Source of the DNA: Centroscyllium fabricii
Taxonomy: Eukaryota
Length of the DNA: 64,000 nucleotides
NCBI GenBank assembly: GCA_051313645.2
Contig: JBNRSN020000019.1
Coordinates: forward strand, 120,094,001-120,158,000
Direction: 5' to 3'
Shown: positions 34,885 through 47,249 of the stretch, piece after piece
Position numbering within the stretch: position 1 is the first letter of the stretch
Layout: each line of letters opens with the position of its first letter
Notes under the pieces: generated by a model
The model's input: the letters and a program-made list of their open reading frames with translations, nothing else
What the model was told of the DNA's origin: nothing
Databases searched by the model: none
Program-made: the position numbers and the translations under genes

Positions 34885-35486
34885 TCAGGAACAAGGATGT
34901 CTTGCTGCAGTTGTACAGGGCCTTGGTGAGACCGCACCTTGAGTACTGTGTGCAGTTTTAGTCGTCTTATCGAAGGAAGGATGTTCTTGCCATGGAGGGA
35001 GTGCAGCGAAGATTCACCAGGCTGATACCTGGGATGGCAGGAATGACGTATGAGGAGAGATTGTGTCAATTGGACTTATACTCGTTTAGAAGAATGAGAG
35101 GGGATCTCATTGAAACTTATAAAATTCAAAAAGGACTAGACAGATTAGATGCAGGAAGGATGTTCCTGATGGTGGGGGAGTCCAGAACCAAGGGTCACAG
35201 TCTAAGGATAAGGGGCAAGCCATTTAGGACAGAGATTAGGGGGAATTTCTTCACCCTGAGAGTGGTGAACCTGTGGAATTCTCTGCCACAAAAGGCAGTC
35301 GAGGACAATTCATTAAATATATTCAAGGAGTTGGATATATTTCTTAAGGCTAAAGGAATCAAGGGATATGGGGAGAGGGCAGGGACAGGGTACTGAATTT
35401 GGATGATCAGCCATGATCTCATTGAATGGCGGAGCAGGCTCGAGGGGCTGAATGGCCTACTCCTGCTCCTATCTTCTATGTTTCTA
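34885..35486 (+). mobile_element. CR1 LINE 3' end
   Basis: ORF 34992..35396; tail ctatgtttctat. Confidence 0.88.
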
Positions 35487-36462
35487 TTAAGATAATATTC
35501 CAATGTTTCTTTATCGGATCACAAGTAAGTGACCTATATACATGAAAACAAAACTTTTACAGGGCTATGGGGCAAGAGCAGAGGCCTGGGACTAATTGGA
35601 GAGCTCGTTCAAAGATCCAGCACAGGCACGATGGGCCGAATGGCCTCCTTCTATGTTGTATGTTTCTATGACTTCATACTTCTCCACATTGAACGCCATT
35701 TGCCACAGGTTTGCCCACTCACTTAATTATCAATGTCCCTTTGTAACGTCCTGCTCCCGTCTAAACTACTTACTGTGTCTCCTAACTTAGAGTCCTCTGC
35801 AAACTTGGATATTCGGCTCCCTGTTCCTTCTTCCAAGTCAGTGAAAATCTGAGCATGGAAGATGCAGCAAAAATTTCCCGGAAATAGTGGAGAAACAAGA
35901 AAGAGGAACTGAAAGAAATTAGTATTTGTAAAAAAATAGTTCTGGAGAAATTTATGGGACTAAAAGCTGATAAATCCCCTGGACCTGATGGCCTACATCT
36001 TAGGGTTTTGAAAGAGGTGGCTACAGAGATAGTGGATACATTGATTGTCATTTTCCAAAATTCCATAGATTCTAGAATGGTTCCTGCTGATTGGAATGTG
36101 GCAAATGTAACCCCACTATTTAAGAAAGGAGGGAGAGAGAAAATGGGGAACTACAGACCAGTTCCAGGGGGGAGGTGGTGGCGTGGTGGTTACGTCACTA
36201 GTGTAGCGCCTGCCAGGCCTAGGAACCACACGTGAGCCAGAGCTAGAGAAAACACAACTTTAATACACAAGAGCTAAACAGGAAAGAGAGTGAACCACTC
36301 GCAACAAGCATATTTAAACTGCCCGCCGTTGGTGACGTCATCGTGTCACCCGGATGAGCGCGGCTCTGCTCCGCGGAGTTCCCGTGGCGGATTCGGTGTC
36401 CCAGTGGGCGTGCCGCCACACAGCTCCCCCCAGAATCCGTCCGGGAGGAATAGTAAAAGAGT

Positions 36463-39400
36463 CTAAGTGAGCCGTTGGGGTGGCCGGATGATGCGGCCGG
36501 ACCGTGTTGCATGTTGCTTCTGGTTCTGCGGTGGAGTGTGGGCGGGTTTTGTTGCGGGAGGGCGACCGCGTTGTGGTGGTTGTGCGGGGACAGTCGTCTC
36601 GCCCGCTATAACGTGTGCCGGCTTGAGCCGGTCTATGGTAACGGTTTCAGTCCTGTTGCCCATTTGCAGTTGGAAAGCTTTAGCTCCCGCCCGAAGCACT
36701 CTGTAGGGGCCATCGTATGGTGGCTGTAGTGGAGATCGGTGTCCGTCGCGCCGAACGAACACAAATTTTGCGTTTTTGATGCCGTCCGGCACCCGAGCCG
36801 CCGGCTCTCCGTGCCGGGCCACTGGTAGTGGCTGGAAAGCTCGTGCCGGGTTGGCGAAGTCTTTTAAATACTGGTCGGCTGACCAGGGAGCGTTGGGCTC
36901 GGCTAGGAACTCACCCGGCACTGTTAAGGCTTGGCCGTAGACGAGTTCTGCTGCCGAGGCGTTTAGGTCTTCCTTAACTGCTGAGCGCAGCCCGAGGAGA
37001 ACCCATGGGAGGCGGTCGGTCCACGACGCGTCCTTGAGGGTGGCTCATAGTGATGCCTTCATTGAGCGGTGGAACCGTTCGCATAGCCCGTTCGCTTGTG
37101 GGTGGTATGCGGTGGTTCGATGTAGTGTTACCCTGAGGTCGCGGGCGATGGCCGCCCATAATGCTGACGTGAACTGGGGTCCTCTGTCAGAGGTGATGTC
37201 GGTGGGCACGCCGAAGTGGGCGACCCAGGTGGCGATGAACACCCTGGCCAAGTCCGTGGTGCCGGTGGCGGTGAGGGGGACTGCTTCTGGCCAGCGAGTG
37301 TTGCGGTCGACCATGGTCATTACGTGCGTGTGGCCCCGGGATGGCGGTAGTGGCCCGACGAGATCAATGTGGACGTGGTCAAAGCGTCTGGCCGGCACTT
37401 TAAAAGTTTCCAGCGGTGCCCTGATGTGCTTATGCACTTTGGAGCGCTGGCAGGCAATGCAGGAGCTGGCCCAGGCGCGCACGTCCTTGCGCAGGCCGCG
37501 CCATATGAACCGGGCTGAGATAAGTTTGATGGACGCGCGGGTGCCGGGGTGGGACAGGTCATGGAGGGTCCTGAATATGTGCCGCCTCCAAGCGTGGGGG
37601 ACGACGGGCCTGGGCTGCGGCAGGGATACGTCGCAGCAGACGACGGTGGCAGCGGGGCCGTGCGCGATATTGGCCAAGTGGCGGCCGGGGAGATTTGCTG
37701 CCGAGTTGAGCAGGTCTGGGTCGGCCAGCTGGTCTGCGGCCAGCTGGGCGTAATCGACCGCCATTTGGGCGGCGTTAATGGTGGGGCGTGAGAGGCAGTC
37801 AGCGACCACGTTGTCGCGGCCGGAGATATGCTGGATGTCGGTCGTAAATTCCGACACGGCCGCTAGTTGGCGCTGCTGCCTGGCCGACCAGGGTTCGGCG
37901 ACCTTAGCCATCGCAAACGTGAGTGGCTTATGGTCGACGAAGGCTGTGAAGTGGCGGCCCTCCAGGAGGAAGCGAAAATGACGCACTGCCAGATGGAGAG
38001 CGAGGAGCTCCCTATCGAAGGCGCTGTACTTAACCTCTGGGGGCCGGAGTTGCCGGCTGAAAAAGGCCAGGGGCTGCCACGAGTTGCCGGTCCACTGCTG
38101 AAATATGGCCCCGACCGCGTGGTCGGAGGCGTCGGTGGTGAGGGCTACTCTGGCGTTGGGCCTAGGGTGGGCTAGGAGGGTGGCGTTTGCCAGGGTGGTT
38201 TTAGTTGCGGTAAAGGCGGTGGCGGCGTCGGCCGTCCACTCGACCGCAGCCTTGTTAGACTGCCCGCGGGTGGCCTGGTATAAGGGGGCCATGAGAGCGG
38301 CTGCTCCCGGGATGAAGCGGTTATAAAAATTGACCATCCCCAGAAATTCCTGCAGCCCTTTAATGGAGTGCGGGCGGGGAAATTCCTGTACCGCCTGCAC
38401 CTTGGAGGGCAGGGGTATGGTCCCTGTTTGGGAAATGCGGTGGCCGAGGAAGTCAATGGTATCGAGGCCGAATTTGCACTTGGTGGGGCTTAATATAAGG
38501 CCGTGTTCAGCCAGGCGCTGGAACAGGGTCCTGAGGTGCAGGAGGTGTTCCTGGGGGGAGGTGCTGGCCACGAGGATGTCGTCTAAATAGACGAAAATGA
38601 ACTTCAAGTCCCGTAGGACCGAGTCCATGAGGCGCTGGAAGGCCTGGGCCACGTTTTTAAGGCCGAAGGGCATCCTGAGGAACTCGAAGAGCCCGAAGGG
38701 GGTGATAACGGCCGTTTTGGGAATGTCCGCCGGGTGCACCGGAACCTGGTGGTAGCCACGCACCAGGTCGATCTTAGAGAAGATCGTACAGCCTGCTAAT
38801 CTGGCGGAAAAATCCTGGATGTGGGGTACGGGGTACCTATCCGGGGTGGTGGCGTTGTTAAGGCGGCGGTAGTCGCCGCAGGGGCGCCAACCCCCGTCTG
38901 GCTTGGGGGCTATGTGGAGAGGAGAGGCCCAGGGGCTGTTGGAGCGGCGGATAATGCCGAGTTGCTCCATGGTGCGGAACTCGGTGCGCGCGATCTCCTG
39001 TTTGGCCGGGTCGAGCCTACGGGCGTGGGCATGGACGGGAGGGCCTGTGGTTGTAATAAAGTGTTCTACCCCGTGCTTGGCCTGGCGGGCGGTGAACGTG
39101 GGGTTGGTTAGGGCGGGGAACTCTGCAAGGAGTGTGCCGTAGGCATCGGAGTTCCGAGAGCGGCATTGGGCTGCCGCGTGGGCCAGGAGTGCGGGCCCTG
39201 TGGAGCATGGGATGGTCGACATGTTATGCATGTTGACCAAGCGGCGCCGGGTCACATCGACCAGTAGGCCGTAGGCGCAGAGGAAATCTGCCCCGAGGAG
39301 GGGTGAAGTGACCTGGGCTGTGACGAAGTCCCAGGTGTACGTGTGGCTTGCAAGTGTAATTATGAGCTTGCGGGTGCCGTACGTTCTGATACTGGAGCCG

Positions 39401-39492
39401 TTGGCCGCTGCGAGTGGCGGGCCCCGGGTGCCTTGTTTGATTTCTGCGGGGGAGGCTGGCACGATGCTGTGCTGCGCGCCTGTCTGTAACAA
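36463..39492 (-). pseudogene. Pol of element D (damaged protease, RT, RNase H, integrase with stop at 37045, GPY/F tail)
   Basis: YLDD; TDASD; HIDLVGP..SDRG..CERFHR; QPPYDGPY in ORF 36463..36921. Confidence 0.92.
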
Positions 39493-40246
39493 AGAGCAGT
39501 GCTCCTGTGTGGCCTACAGACATAGTGGGGGCTGGGTTGGGCCGTAGCTTGAATGCGCATGGCTGGACGCAGTGGTGCGCTTTGTTATCGAACCGCGTGT
39601 GGTAGTAGCACCAGCCGGTGCTAGAGGGACGCGGTTGCCTAGGTGGGCGCGGGGCCCTAGGTTCAGGTGTAAAGTTAGGCCTGGGGGGTGATTGGTTGCG
39701 CTCTACCGATGCGGAGTTAGGGTCGCACGTGGTTGAGCGGGTGCGCTGCGCCTCCATGAGCCTGTCGGCTTCCTCAGTGAGCTCGTCGTCGCTCCGTTGG
39801 CCAAGGGCCGTCAAGGCCGGTCTGATGGAGCGGGGCAGTTTAAGGAGGAAGACGGTGCGGAACAGGGAGGCGGGATTGGCTGTAAGCGCTTGCATCTGAC
39901 CTAAGAGGTCCGATGGGTCTGCGTCCCCGAGTTCGGGGAGGTCAAGGAGCTGGCAGTCGCGCTCAAATTGAGAGGGGGTAAAAAAAATTATAAGCGCGGC
40001 CTTAAGGGATTCGTACCTGCCTGTAGTGGGCACACGCTGTATTTTTGACCACATCCGATCGATCGTCGATTGCGGTAGGGCTGAGAACACCAGGTCGTAG
40101 CGGTCGTCCCCCTGGATGCCATGTGTGCGGCAGCTGGTCTCGATGCACATAAACCAGGCCGCTGGCCGTTGCTCCCAGAACTCCGGTAGAGTTAGTCCGT
40201 GTCCAAAGTTCTGGCCAAGTGGAGCTTGGTTCCTTGCTCTTGCCAT
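39224..40246 (-). CDS. Gag of element D (runs out of frame at a deletion in the protease)
   Basis: [13 protein letters not shown]; [14 protein letters not shown]. Confidence 0.85.
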   Translation of the reverse strand: MARARNQAPLGQNFGHGLTLPEFWEQRPAAWFMCIETSCRTHGIQGDDRYDLVFSALPQSTIDRMWSKIQRVPTTGRYESLKAALIIFFTPSQFERDCQLLDLPELGDADPSDLLGQMQALTANPASLFRTVFLLKLPRSIRPALTALGQRSDDELTEEADRLMEAQRTRSTTCDPNSASVERNQSPPRPNFTPEPRAPRPPRQPRPSSTGWCYYHTRFDNKAHHCVQPCAFKLRPNPAPTMSVGHTGALLFVTDRRAAQHRASLPRRNQTRHPGPATRSGQRLQYQNVRHPQAHNYTCKPHVHLGLRHSPGHFTPPRGRFPLRLRPTGRCDPAPLGQHA

Positions 40247-40708
40247 GTTTTCTGTTTTAAAATGTTCTTTGGCTGGTGGTCCCTGATCCTGCGGCAGCTT
40301 TTCTTCTTTGGAAGTCGTTCCAATTCGGGGTCACCACTGTAGCGCCTGCCAGGCCTAGGAACCACACGTGAGCCAGAGCTAGAGAAAACACAACTTTAAT
40401 ACACAAGAGCTAAACAGGAAAGAGAGTGAACCACTCGCAACAAGCATGTTTAAACTGCCCGCCGTTGGTGACGTCATAGCGTCGGCAGACGTGGTGACGT
40501 CGTCGCGTCACCCGGATGAGCGGGGCTCTGCTCCGCGGAGTTCCCGTGGCGGATTCGGTGTCCCAGTGGGCGTGCCGCCACACTAGACTAGTAAGCCAGA
40601 GGCTCAGTCAAATGCTTCGAGGATATGGGTTCAAATCCCACCACGGCAACTGGTGGAATTTAAATTCAATTCAATTTAATTCTGGAATTAAATGTTAGTC
40701 TTAGTAAT

Positions 40709-41107
40709 AGAAACATAGAAACTAGAAGCAGGAGTAGGCCATTCGGCCCTTCGAGCCTGCTCTGCCATTCAATGAGATCATGGCTGATCATCCAAACCCA
40801 GTACCCCGCCCCTGCCCTCTCCCCATATCCCTCGATCCCTATCGAGCCTGCACCGACACATATTCCACCCTATCCCCGTAACCCCACATATTTAATCCCC
40901 CTAACACTAAGGGTCAATTTATCATGGCCAATCAAATTAACCCGCACATCTTTGGACTGTGGGAGGAAACCGGAGCACCCGGAGGAAACCCACGCAGACA
41001 CGGGGAGAATGTGCAAACTCCACACAGATAGTACCCGAGGCTGGATTTGAACCCGGGTCTCCAGTGCTGTGAGACAACATTGCTAACCACTACCCCACCG
41101 TGCCGCC
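40709..41107 (-). mobile_element. V-SINE (HE1-like) full length
   Basis: tRNA head GGCGGCACGGTGG..GGTTCAAATCC, V domain, CR1 tail. Confidence 0.88.
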
Positions 41108-42662
41108 ACCATGATACCATTGTTGATTGTTGCAAAAACCCATCTGGTTCACTAATGTCCTTTAGGAAAGGAAATCTGCTGTCCTTACCTAGTCTGGCCT
41201 ACATGTGACTCCAGACCCACAGCAATGTGGTTGACTCTTAATGCCCTCTGAAATGGCCTAGCAAGCCACTCAGTTGTAAACCGCTACGCAACATTGTGGG
41301 TGTACCTACACCATATGGACTGCAGCGGTTCAAGAAGGCGGCTCACCACCATCTTCTCAAGGGCAATTAGGGATGGGCACTAAATGCAGGCCGAGCCAGC
41401 CAGCGACGCCCACATCCCATCAACGAATAATAAAAAAAGTTAGCCTGACATCAGTAGTAGGGAAAATGCTAGAATCTATTATTAAGAACATGTTAACAGG
41501 GCACTTAGAAAATAATAATAGGATTGGGCTGAGTCAACACGGATTTATGAAAGCGAAATCGTGTTTGACAAATCTATTTGAATTTATGAGGTTGTAATTA
41601 GCAGAATTGATCAGGGGGAACCAGTGGATGTGATGTATTTGGATTTGCAGAAGGCATTCGATAAGGTGCCACACAAGAGGTTACAAACAAAATTATGGCT
41701 CATGGGATTGGGAATAATATACCAGCATGGATTGAGGATTGGTAAATGGACAGGAAACAGGGAGTAGGAATAAACGGGTCATTTTCGGGTTGTCAGGCTG
41801 TAACTAGTGGGGTACCGCAAGGATCAGTGCTTGGGCCTCAGCTATTCACAATCTACATCAATGATTTGGATGAGGGGACTAAATGTAATATATCCAAGTT
41901 TGCTGATGATACAAAGCTGGGTGGGAATGTAAGTTGTGAGGAGGATGCAAAGAGGCTTCAAGGGGATAGAGACAGGCTAAGTGAGTGGGCAAGAACATGG
42001 CAAATGGAATATAATGTGGAGAAATGTGAAGTTATCCACTTTGGTAGGAAAAATAGAAAAGCAGAGTATTTTTTAAATGGTGAGAGATTGGGAAATGTTG
42101 GTGTTCAGAGGGACATGGGTGTCCTTGTAGACGAATCACTGAAAGTTAACATGCAGGTACAGCAAGCAATTAGGAAAACAAATGGTATGTTGGCCTTTAT
42201 TACAAGAGGATTTGAGTATAAGAGTAAAGACATCTTACTGCAATTATATAGGGCCCTGGTGAGACCACACCTGGAGTATTGTGTACAGCTTTGGTCTCCT
42301 TACCTAAGGAAGGATATACTTGCCATAGAGGGAGTGCAACGAAGGTTCACCAGACTGATTCCTGGAATAGGAGGATTGTCCTATGAGGAGAGACTGAGTA
42401 GACTAGGCCTATATTCTCTGGAGTTTAGAAGAATGAGAGGTGATCTGATTGAAACATACACAATTCTTACAGGGCTCGACAGGGTAGATGCAGGGAGGAT
42501 GTTTCCCCTGGGCTGGAGAGTCTAGAACCAGGGGTCTCAGTCTCAGAATAAGGGGTCGGCCATTTAGGACTGAGATGAGGAGGAATTTCTTCACTCAGAG
42601 GGCGGTGAATCTTTGGAATTCTCTATGCCAGAGGGCTGTGGCGGCTCAGTCGTTGAGTATAT

Positions 42663-43902
42663 TCATAGAGTCATAGAGTAATACAGCACAGAAAGAGGCC
42701 CTAAGGCCCATCGCTCTCCGTGCCACCCATCAATCCCAGTCTATACTAATCCCATTTTCCTGCATATGGTCCGTAGCCTTGTATGCTATGGCATTTCAAG
42801 TGCTCATCCAAATGCTTCTTGAACATTGAGTGTTCCCGCCTCTACCACCCTCTCAGGCAGTGAGTTCCAGTCTCCAACCACCCTCTGGGTGAAAAAATTC
42901 TTCCTCACATCCCCACAATACCTCCTGCCCCTTACCCTGAAATTATGCCCCCTAGTTATTGACCCCTCAACCAAGGGAAAAAGTTCCACTCCATCCACCC
43001 TATCTATTCCCCTCATAATTTTGTACACCTCAATCAGGTCCCCCCTCAGCCTCCTCTGCTCCAAGGAAAACAACCCCAGCCTATCCAGTCACTCTTCATA
43101 GCTGAAGCTCCCCAGCCCAGGCAGCATCCTGGTGAATCTCGTCTGCACCCTCTCCAAAGCTATTACATCCTTCCTATAGTGTGGCGACCAGAACTGCACA
43201 CAGTACTCCAGCTGTGGCCTTACCAGCGTTTTGTACAGCTCCATCATAACCTCCCTGCTCTTATATTCTATGCCTCGGCTAATGAAGATAAGTATCCCAT
43301 ATGCCTTTTTCACCACCTTATCCACCTGTCCTGCTGCCTTCAGGGACCTATGCACCTGCACACCAAGGTCCCTTTGATCCTCTGTCTTCCCTAGCGTCCT
43401 ACCATTCATGGTGTATTCCCTTGCCATGTTAGGCCTACCGAAATGCATCACCTCACACTTTTCAGGATTAAATTCCATTTGCCACTGTTCCGTCCATCTG
43501 ACCAACTATGTCTGCCTGCATGTCGCGGATTTCCTCCTCGCTATTTACCAACCTACCAACTTTTGTGTCATCTGCAAACTTACTGATCATGCCTTTTACA
43601 TTCATATCTAAATCATTAATGTAGACTAAAAACAGCAAGGGACCCAACACCGATCCCTGCGGTATCCCACTGGACACCGGCTTCCAGTCACAAAAACAAC
43701 CTACGACCATCACCCTCTGCCTCCTGTCACTAAGCCAGTTTTGGATCCAATGTGCCAAGGTGCCCTGGATCCCATGGGCTCTTACCTTCTTGACCAGTCT
43801 CCTATGTGGGACTTTATCAAAAGCCTTACTAAAATCCATGTATACCACGTCCACTGCACTACCCTCATCCACACACCTGGTCACCCCTTCAAAAAATTCT
43901 AT
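42663..43902 (-). mobile_element. CR1 LINE 3' part (second family)
   Basis: RT ORFs 42804..43917; tail catagagt. Confidence 0.88.
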
Positions 43903-44320
43903 CAAGGTAGAGATCAATAGATTTTAGAATATTAAGGGAATCAAGGGATATGGGGATAGTGCAGGAAAGTGGAGATGAGGTAGAAGATTAGCCATGATCT
44001 TGTTGAATGGCGGAGCAGGCTGGAGGGGCCGAATGGCCGACTCCTGCTCCTATTTCTTATGTTCTTATGTCACAAATCCACGCAGATCTCTTTGATGAGC
44101 TCGGACTTGTCCAGGTGCTCAGTCACTCTGTCCCTGATGACTGATATTAAACGGAGGTCTGTAGTCACCTGGTTTTTCTTTTCCTCCCTGCGTTTGCAAT
44201 TTTCTAATTTAAAAGCACAATTACTGAATCTAGAGAGCTTTGGAAAATGATGACAAACACATCTACAATTCCCTCACCGACGTCTTTTAATATCCTGGGG
44301 TGAAACCATCAGGTTCTGGA

Positions 44321-44670
44321 AATTTCTTAAGTCTGAAGGTTTCAAAGGATATGGGGAGAAGGCAGGGACAGGGTACTGAATTTGGATGATCAGCCATGAT
44401 CTCATTGACTGGCGGAGCAGGCTCGAGGGGCCGAATGGCCGATTCCTGCTCCTATCTCCTATGTTTCTATGTAGGACGGAGCTTTGCACCTCGCAGACAG
44501 TGACACATAGAAACATAGACGATATGAGCAGGAGTCGGCCATTCGGCCCCTCGAGCCTGCTCCACCATTCAATGAGATCATGGCTGATCATCCAAATTCA
44601 GTACCCTGTCCCTGCTTTCTCCCCATATCCTTTGAAACCTTCAGCCTTAAGAAATATATCTAACTCCTTC
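44321..44670. repeat. Inverted pair of CR1 3' ends (about 150-bp arms, about 32-bp spacer)
   Basis: 44321-44471 is the reverse complement of about 44504-44655 with few mismatches. Confidence 0.9.
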
Positions 44671-44696
44671 ACACCTGCATATTTGTAGTAGTCTAA

Positions 44697-44873
<177 letters not shown>

Positions 44874-45914
44874 GTACACGTCATTGGAACAATTGTTTCT
44901 CGGATCGTTCCATCACATTTGAAGTGATCTAGGATTATGAATATTAAGATGCGAAACGCTGCAGCTAACAACAATCTCCAACAGAAGAATAAAATAAGTC
45001 ATTTCTGCCATTGGTTTGATGCCAGTGCTTTCCATGGAACTGGTGTTATTCACGGTCACTGGTCCAAAGTGTTCCAGAAACTGGAAATGGAAGCGGTAGC
45101 ATTAGAATAGATGTTATTTGTTTTAAGAGCCCGTTACTTGAAGCAGAAAGGTTATCAGAATGAATGCCAGGATAAACCTAGTTTTTGTCGGATATTAATA
45201 CCCTGCTTGTAAGAAGTACTGAAATTATTTTTGCTAAAAATCTGTCAAGATTAGCAATAGAAGATTCTCCGTGTCTTGTGCAATGTGAGGAATGAAATTA
45301 CAGAATAGGGGAATTTTCACTAATTGCATTTCATATGACAAAAACTCTGCTGGAGAACCGTGTTATCTGGAGAAATTGATCAGTTCAATGTCCAGTAACA
45401 ACCTGGTCACAGAGAGGTTAATCGCGGCCGTCTTTTGTTGCATTGCCTTCGGGCAGGTGATTAGAATCCAATGATTTTAAATCACTCAATGCCAGCTTAC
45501 TTTGGATTCTAATGGACAACATGTTTACCCTAAGCGTTTGCTAAAAATCTCTTCAGATTCTTATGTATAATTCATGCAAAGAATTTAAATTATTCAGTAA
45601 CTGATTAATTGCAAGTTGCAAAAATAGAATTTAATTTGCTTTTAATTATCACATTTGTGTACATGAACACTGAAGTTACACGTGATGCTTGATGAAACTG
45701 GTTAAGAAAGTAAGAAATTGCAGCTTGTGTTGCTTTGTGACCAAGTGTTGCGTGTGTGCTGATCTAGTTTGGACAGCATGAATTGAAATATTTGCCAAAA
45801 CGTTGGTAGTAACCTTTCTCATTAATGTTTGTTTTGTTACTACAGCATTAATCAAATCATTTGTAATTTTTCTTTATAGAAATGTTAAACATTTACTTAT
45901 GCTTTTGAAAATGC

Positions 45915-45920
45915 AATAAA
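45915..45920 (+). terminator. Likely PRMT8 polyadenylation signal
   Basis: AATAAA ending about 1 kb of AT-rich repeat-free 3' UTR-like sequence; T-rich tract downstream. Confidence 0.55.
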
Positions 45921-46261
45921 TTCATTTATTCATCAATTAAACTTCAAATTGTCTTAACGTTTTTCTTTATTGACATTGTATCTGACAATTGTGCAAGTTC
46001 CCCTTAATTTAACCCACAATAAACCAGCATAAAGAGGCATTAGTCTGGCCAGCAGCAAGTCGCAAAGCACCACCCAGCGGAGTGATGAACTGCACCGTGG
46101 CCCCTTTAATAAAATTGTAGAAACCCCCTCGTCAGAACTAGTTGTGGTTCGGATCGGCCCCCATGACAAATCCAATCACATGTGTAATTGGTGGGGCTGA
46201 GGGTCTGGGAAGGTGTGTGAGGGTCTGAAGTCCGGTGGGGGGATTGGGGATCTGGTGGGGG

Positions 46262-46642
46262 AGTTAGCTGATATTGTGAATGGTTCTCTCCCCCTCAAAT
46301 CTGCGATCATCACCCCTCTGCTCAAAAAAACCCAACCCTTGACCCCCTCCATCCTTGCAAACTACCATCCCATCTCCAACCTCCCTTTCCTCTCCAAAGT
46401 CTTTGAACGAGTTGTTGCCTCCCAAATCTGTGCCCATCTTTCCCGCAATTCCATGTTTAAATCCCTCCAATCAGGTTTCCGCCCTTGCCACAGTACCGAA
46501 ATGGCTCTCATCAAAGTCACAAATGACATTTTATGCGACTGTGACAAAGGTAAACTATCCCTTCTCGACTAGTCTATAGCCTGTGACACACTTGACCAAT
46601 CTATCCTCCTCCAACACCTCTCCACCATCGCCCAGCTGGGTG
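46262..46642 (+). mobile_element. L2-type LINE RT fragment
   Basis: NYHPISNLPFLSKVFERVV..QSGFRPCHSTEMALIKVTND. Confidence 0.8.
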
Positions 46643-46644
46643 TC

Positions 46645-47245
46645 AGAGTCATAGCGTTATATAGCAGAGAAAGAGGCCCTTCGGCCCATCGTGTCCGCAC
46701 CGGCCATCAAGCCCTGTTTATTCTAATCCCATTTTCCAGCACTTGGTCTGTAGCCTTGTGTGCTATGGCGTTTCAAGTGCTCATCTAAATGCTTCTTGAA
46801 TGTTGTGAGGGTTCCTGCCTCCACCACCCTTTCAGGCAGTGAGTTCCAGATTCCTACCACCCTCTGGGTGAAAAAGTTCTTCCTCAAATCCCCTCTAAAC
46901 CTCCTGCCCCTTACCTTGAAATTATGCCCCCTTGTTATTGACCCCTCTACTAAGGGAAAAAGTTCTTTTCTATCTACCCTACCTATGCCCCTCATAATTT
47001 TGTACACCTCAATCAGGTGCCCCCTCAGCCTTCTCTGCTCCAAGGAAAACAACCCCAGCCTGTCCAGTCTTTCTTCATAGCTGAAGCGCTCCAGCCCAGG
47101 TAACATCCTGGTGAATCTCCTCTGCACCCTCTCCAAAGCAATCACATCCTTCCTATAGTGCGGCGACCAGAACTGCACACAGTACTCCAACTGTGGCCTT
47201 ACCAGCGTTTTGTACAGCTCCATCATAACCTCCCTGCTCTTATAG
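46645..47245 (-). mobile_element. CR1 LINE 3' end
   Basis: ORF 46723..47226. Confidence 0.9.
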
Positions 47246-47249
47246 GGTT

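Larger units (their letters stand above)
36202..40582 (-). mobile_element. Near full-length Gypsy element D (CsRN1-like)
   Basis: LTRs 36202-36420 and 40338-40582; TSD CTAG; PBS TGGTGACCCCGA at 40325-40336 (tRNA-Trp); PPT GGGGGGAGCTG. Confidence 0.97.
36163..41438 (+). mobile_element. tRNA-derived SINE (Deu/SacSINE1-like, tentative) split by Gypsy D and a V-SINE
   Basis: A box TGGCGTGGTGG at 36179; B box GGTTCAAATCC at 40629; body 41108-41270; LINE-like tail ending in an A-run at 41437. Confidence 0.7.
35850..44068 (+). mobile_element. CR1 LINE in three pieces (35850-36162, 41439-42662, 43903-44068) hosting nested insertions
   Basis: NYRPV|SLTSVVGK continuity across 36162/41439; gagtatattc|aaggtagagatc across 42664/43904; RT ORF 41746..42525. 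Confidence 0.85.

Noticed and set aside
40709-41107. tRNA genes at A/B-box sequences (also 24880-24949, 36170-40640)
   Set aside because: They are SINE heads followed by SINE bodies and LINE tails.
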